In this document: positions 35,174 through 36,880 of the stretch, one piece after another
Layout: each line of letters opens with the position of its first letter
Position numbering within the stretch: the first letter of the stretch is position 1
NCBI GenBank assembly: GCA_051880335.1
Contig: JBJENT010000204.1
Span: forward strand, 1 to 36,880
Direction: 5' to 3'
Origin: Lachnospiraceae bacterium
GTDB taxonomy: Bacteria; Bacillota; Clostridia; Lachnospirales; Lachnospiraceae
DNA: 36,880 nucleotides
The notes under the pieces: generated by a model
What the model was told of the DNA's origin: nothing
Database searches by the model: none
The model's input: only the letters and a program-made list of their open reading frames with translations
Program-made: the position numbers and the translations under genes

Positions 35174-36355
35174 ATGATGGATGAAAAGAAAAAACTGCAA
35201 AAAATAGAGATCACAGTGGAAGAGATGGGGAAGCTTTCTCCGGATCAGTATCAGCTGATCGATATCCGGGGTGAGGATGCTATCGCATATGGAACGATAG
35301 AAGGATCGATTTGCATCCCGGAAGAAGGTATTCGGGAACATAGGGATGAAATATCTCAGGAGAAAATGGTTATATTCTGCTGCAACAGAGGACTTGTAAG
35401 TATAGATGTGGCAGAATGGTTTCGTGAGCTGGGCTATGATGCGTATAGTTTGAAAGACGGTTATGCAGCATATGTTCTGGAGATGATGCGGCAGTCTGAG
35501 AACCGGAATAGAAAAGAAGAAATCGAAAAAAGCATCCGCAAGAAATTTCACAAAAGTATTTTTTCCAAATTTGCAAAAGCGATCAATGAGTATGACCTTC
35601 TTCAGGAAAATGATAAGGTAGCAGTCTGCATTTCCGGTGGAAAAGATTCTATGCTGATGGCGAAGCTCTTTCAGGAATTAAAGCGGCATGATAAATTCCC
35701 TTTTGAGCTGATCTTTCTGGTAATGGACCCGGGATACAGCAGGGAAAACAGGGAAATCATTGAGCAGAATGCAAAAATGATGGATATTCCGATTACGGTG
35801 TTTGAAACGAATATTTTTGACTCGGTATATGAGATAGAAAAATCTCCATGTTACCTATGTGCCAGGATGCGCCGGGGATATTTATACAGCAAAGCAAAAG
35901 AACTGGGCTGTAATAAGATCGCGCTGGGACACCATTATGATGATGTGATTGAAACCATTTTGATGGGAATGTTATATGGGGCTCAGGTGCAAACCATGAT
36001 GCCAAAGCTGCACAGCACAAATTTTGAGGGAATGGAACTGATCAGACCGATGTATCTGGTGCGGGAAGAGGACATAAAACACTGGAGAGACTATAACGGT
36101 CTTAAGTTTTTACAGTGTGCATGTCGTTTTACCGATAATTGCAGTTCCTGCCGGACGGATGGCACAGATGCATCCAAGCGAATGGAAATCAAAAAAATGA
36201 TTGCAGAGATGAAGAAGACCAATCCTTATGTGGAGGCTAATATTTTCAGAAGTGTGGAAAATGTGAATTTGAAGACGATCATCGCATATAAAGAAAATGG
36301 AGTGAAGCATCATTTTCTGGAAAGCTATGATGACCTTCCGGAAAAGGAAGAGTGA
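35174..36355 (+). CDS. ttcA: Rhodanese domain fused to TtcA-family tRNA thiolase (PP-loop ATPase)
   Basis: N-terminal LIDIR...YGTIEGS, active loop CCNRGLVS, SLKDGY; then SGGKDS, PCYLC, GHHYDD, LIRP, CAC; start probably ATG 35174 or 35177. Confidence 0.85.
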   Translation: MMDEKKKLQKIEITVEEMGKLSPDQYQLIDIRGEDAIAYGTIEGSICIPEEGIREHRDEISQEKMVIFCCNRGLVSIDVAEWFRELGYDAYSLKDGYAAYVLEMMRQSENRNRKEEIEKSIRKKFHKSIFSKFAKAINEYDLLQENDKVAVCISGGKDSMLMAKLFQELKRHDKFPFELIFLVMDPGYSRENREIIEQNAKMMDIPITVFETNIFDSVYEIEKSPCYLCARMRRGYLYSKAKELGCNKIALGHHYDDVIETILMGMLYGAQVQTMMPKLHSTNFEGMELIRPMYLVREEDIKHWRDYNGLKFLQCACRFTDNCSSCRTDGTDASKRMEIKKMIAEMKKTNPYVEANIFRSVENVNLKTIIAYKENGVKHHFLESYDDLPEKEE

Positions 36356-36419
36356 TGGGTGAAGCTGACAGATGACGGTTGATGAATCATGGGTATCGGA
36401 AAATGAATTATGGATGGTA

Positions 36420-36457
36420 AAAAAGCATGTGAGGGATTAGCCCTTCACATGCTTTTT
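36420..36457. terminator. Bidirectional terminator between convergent genes, overlapping the last codons of the DtxR-family gene
   Basis: AAAAAGCATGTGAGGG(36420-36435)/CCCTTCACATGCTTTTT(36441-36457). Confidence 0.8.
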
Positions 36458-36805
36458 GATTGCTTCAAAACTTTCTTTACTGATGACATGTTCCATTTTG
36501 CAGGCATCTTCATTGGCGATTTCGTCGGGGACGCCCATACTCTTAAGCCATGAGGAAAGAAGTTCATGACGTTCATAAATCATTTCAGCGATTTTTTTGC
36601 CGCTGTCGGTCAAATAAATAAAACCCTGGTCTGAAACAGCGATATGATTTTTTTCACGAAGATTCTTCATAGCAATACTGACACTTGATTTCTTAAAATC
36701 CAGTTCGTTTGCTATATCGACAGAACGGACAACCGGAAGTTTTTTGCTGAGAAGCAAAATGGTTTCCAAATAATTTTCAGCTGATTCATTTACATAGGTT
36801 TTCAT
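36437..36805 (-). CDS. DtxR/MntR-family metal-dependent transcriptional regulator (short form, no FeoA domain)
   Basis: ESAENYLETI, RSVDIA.EL...KSSVS.AMK.L, YERHE, EDACKMEHVIS; RBS GGAG before ATG 36805. Confidence 0.92.
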   Translation of the reverse strand: MKTYVNESAENYLETILLLSKKLPVVRSVDIANELDFKKSSVSIAMKNLREKNHIAVSDQGFIYLTDSGKKIAEMIYERHELLSSWLKSMGVPDEIANEDACKMEHVISKESFEAIKKHVKG

Positions 36806-36820
36806 TGAAAGATACACTCC

Positions 36821-36872
36821 ATATGGTTTACTGATTTCGCTCAGTATACCATATTTTTCGGGAGATTACAAA
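36821..36872 (-). promoter_or_regulatory. Promoter of the DtxR-family gene overlapped by a 14-bp-arm inverted repeat
   Basis: Minus strand TTGTAA-N17-TATACT; ATATGGTTTACTGA(36821-36834)/TCAGTATACCATAT(36841-36854), one mismatch. Confidence 0.65.
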
Positions 36873-36880
36873 TCAATGAG

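Overview
Chromosomal segment from a low-GC Firmicute, most likely Lachnospiraceae/Clostridia, judged from gene families and sigmaA-type promoters. No rRNA, tRNA, CRISPR array or intact transposase is visible. Gene order: Phd/YefM-RelE/ParE toxin-antitoxin pair; orphan 7TM hybrid histidine kinase; P1/DmpA-family peptidase; two-gene DUF pair; a signalling cluster (large XRE-type regulator divergent from Hpt, repeat-FapA fusion, REC-HD-GYP, SBP/5'-nucleotidase-C lipoprotein and a dual-REC hybrid kinase); small CxxC protein and xpt; BMP-type nucleoside ABC transporter behind an apparent attenuator; AraC regulator; second hybrid kinase with a His-less Hpt; a 1303-aa ECF-S-like/beta-propeller/HD-GYP/REC fusion; Csp-like subtilase; feoA-feoA-feoB; rhodanese-TtcA fusion; DtxR/MntR regulator. 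The best candidate for an undescribed system is the 5.9-16.2 kb multistep phosphorelay, possibly nucleotide/purine-sensing and ending in a cyclic-dinucleotide phosphodiesterase, together with the second HD-GYP module. Its FapA gene has an in-frame TAG near the 5' end. All domain calls come from motif recognition by eye; no database searches were run.
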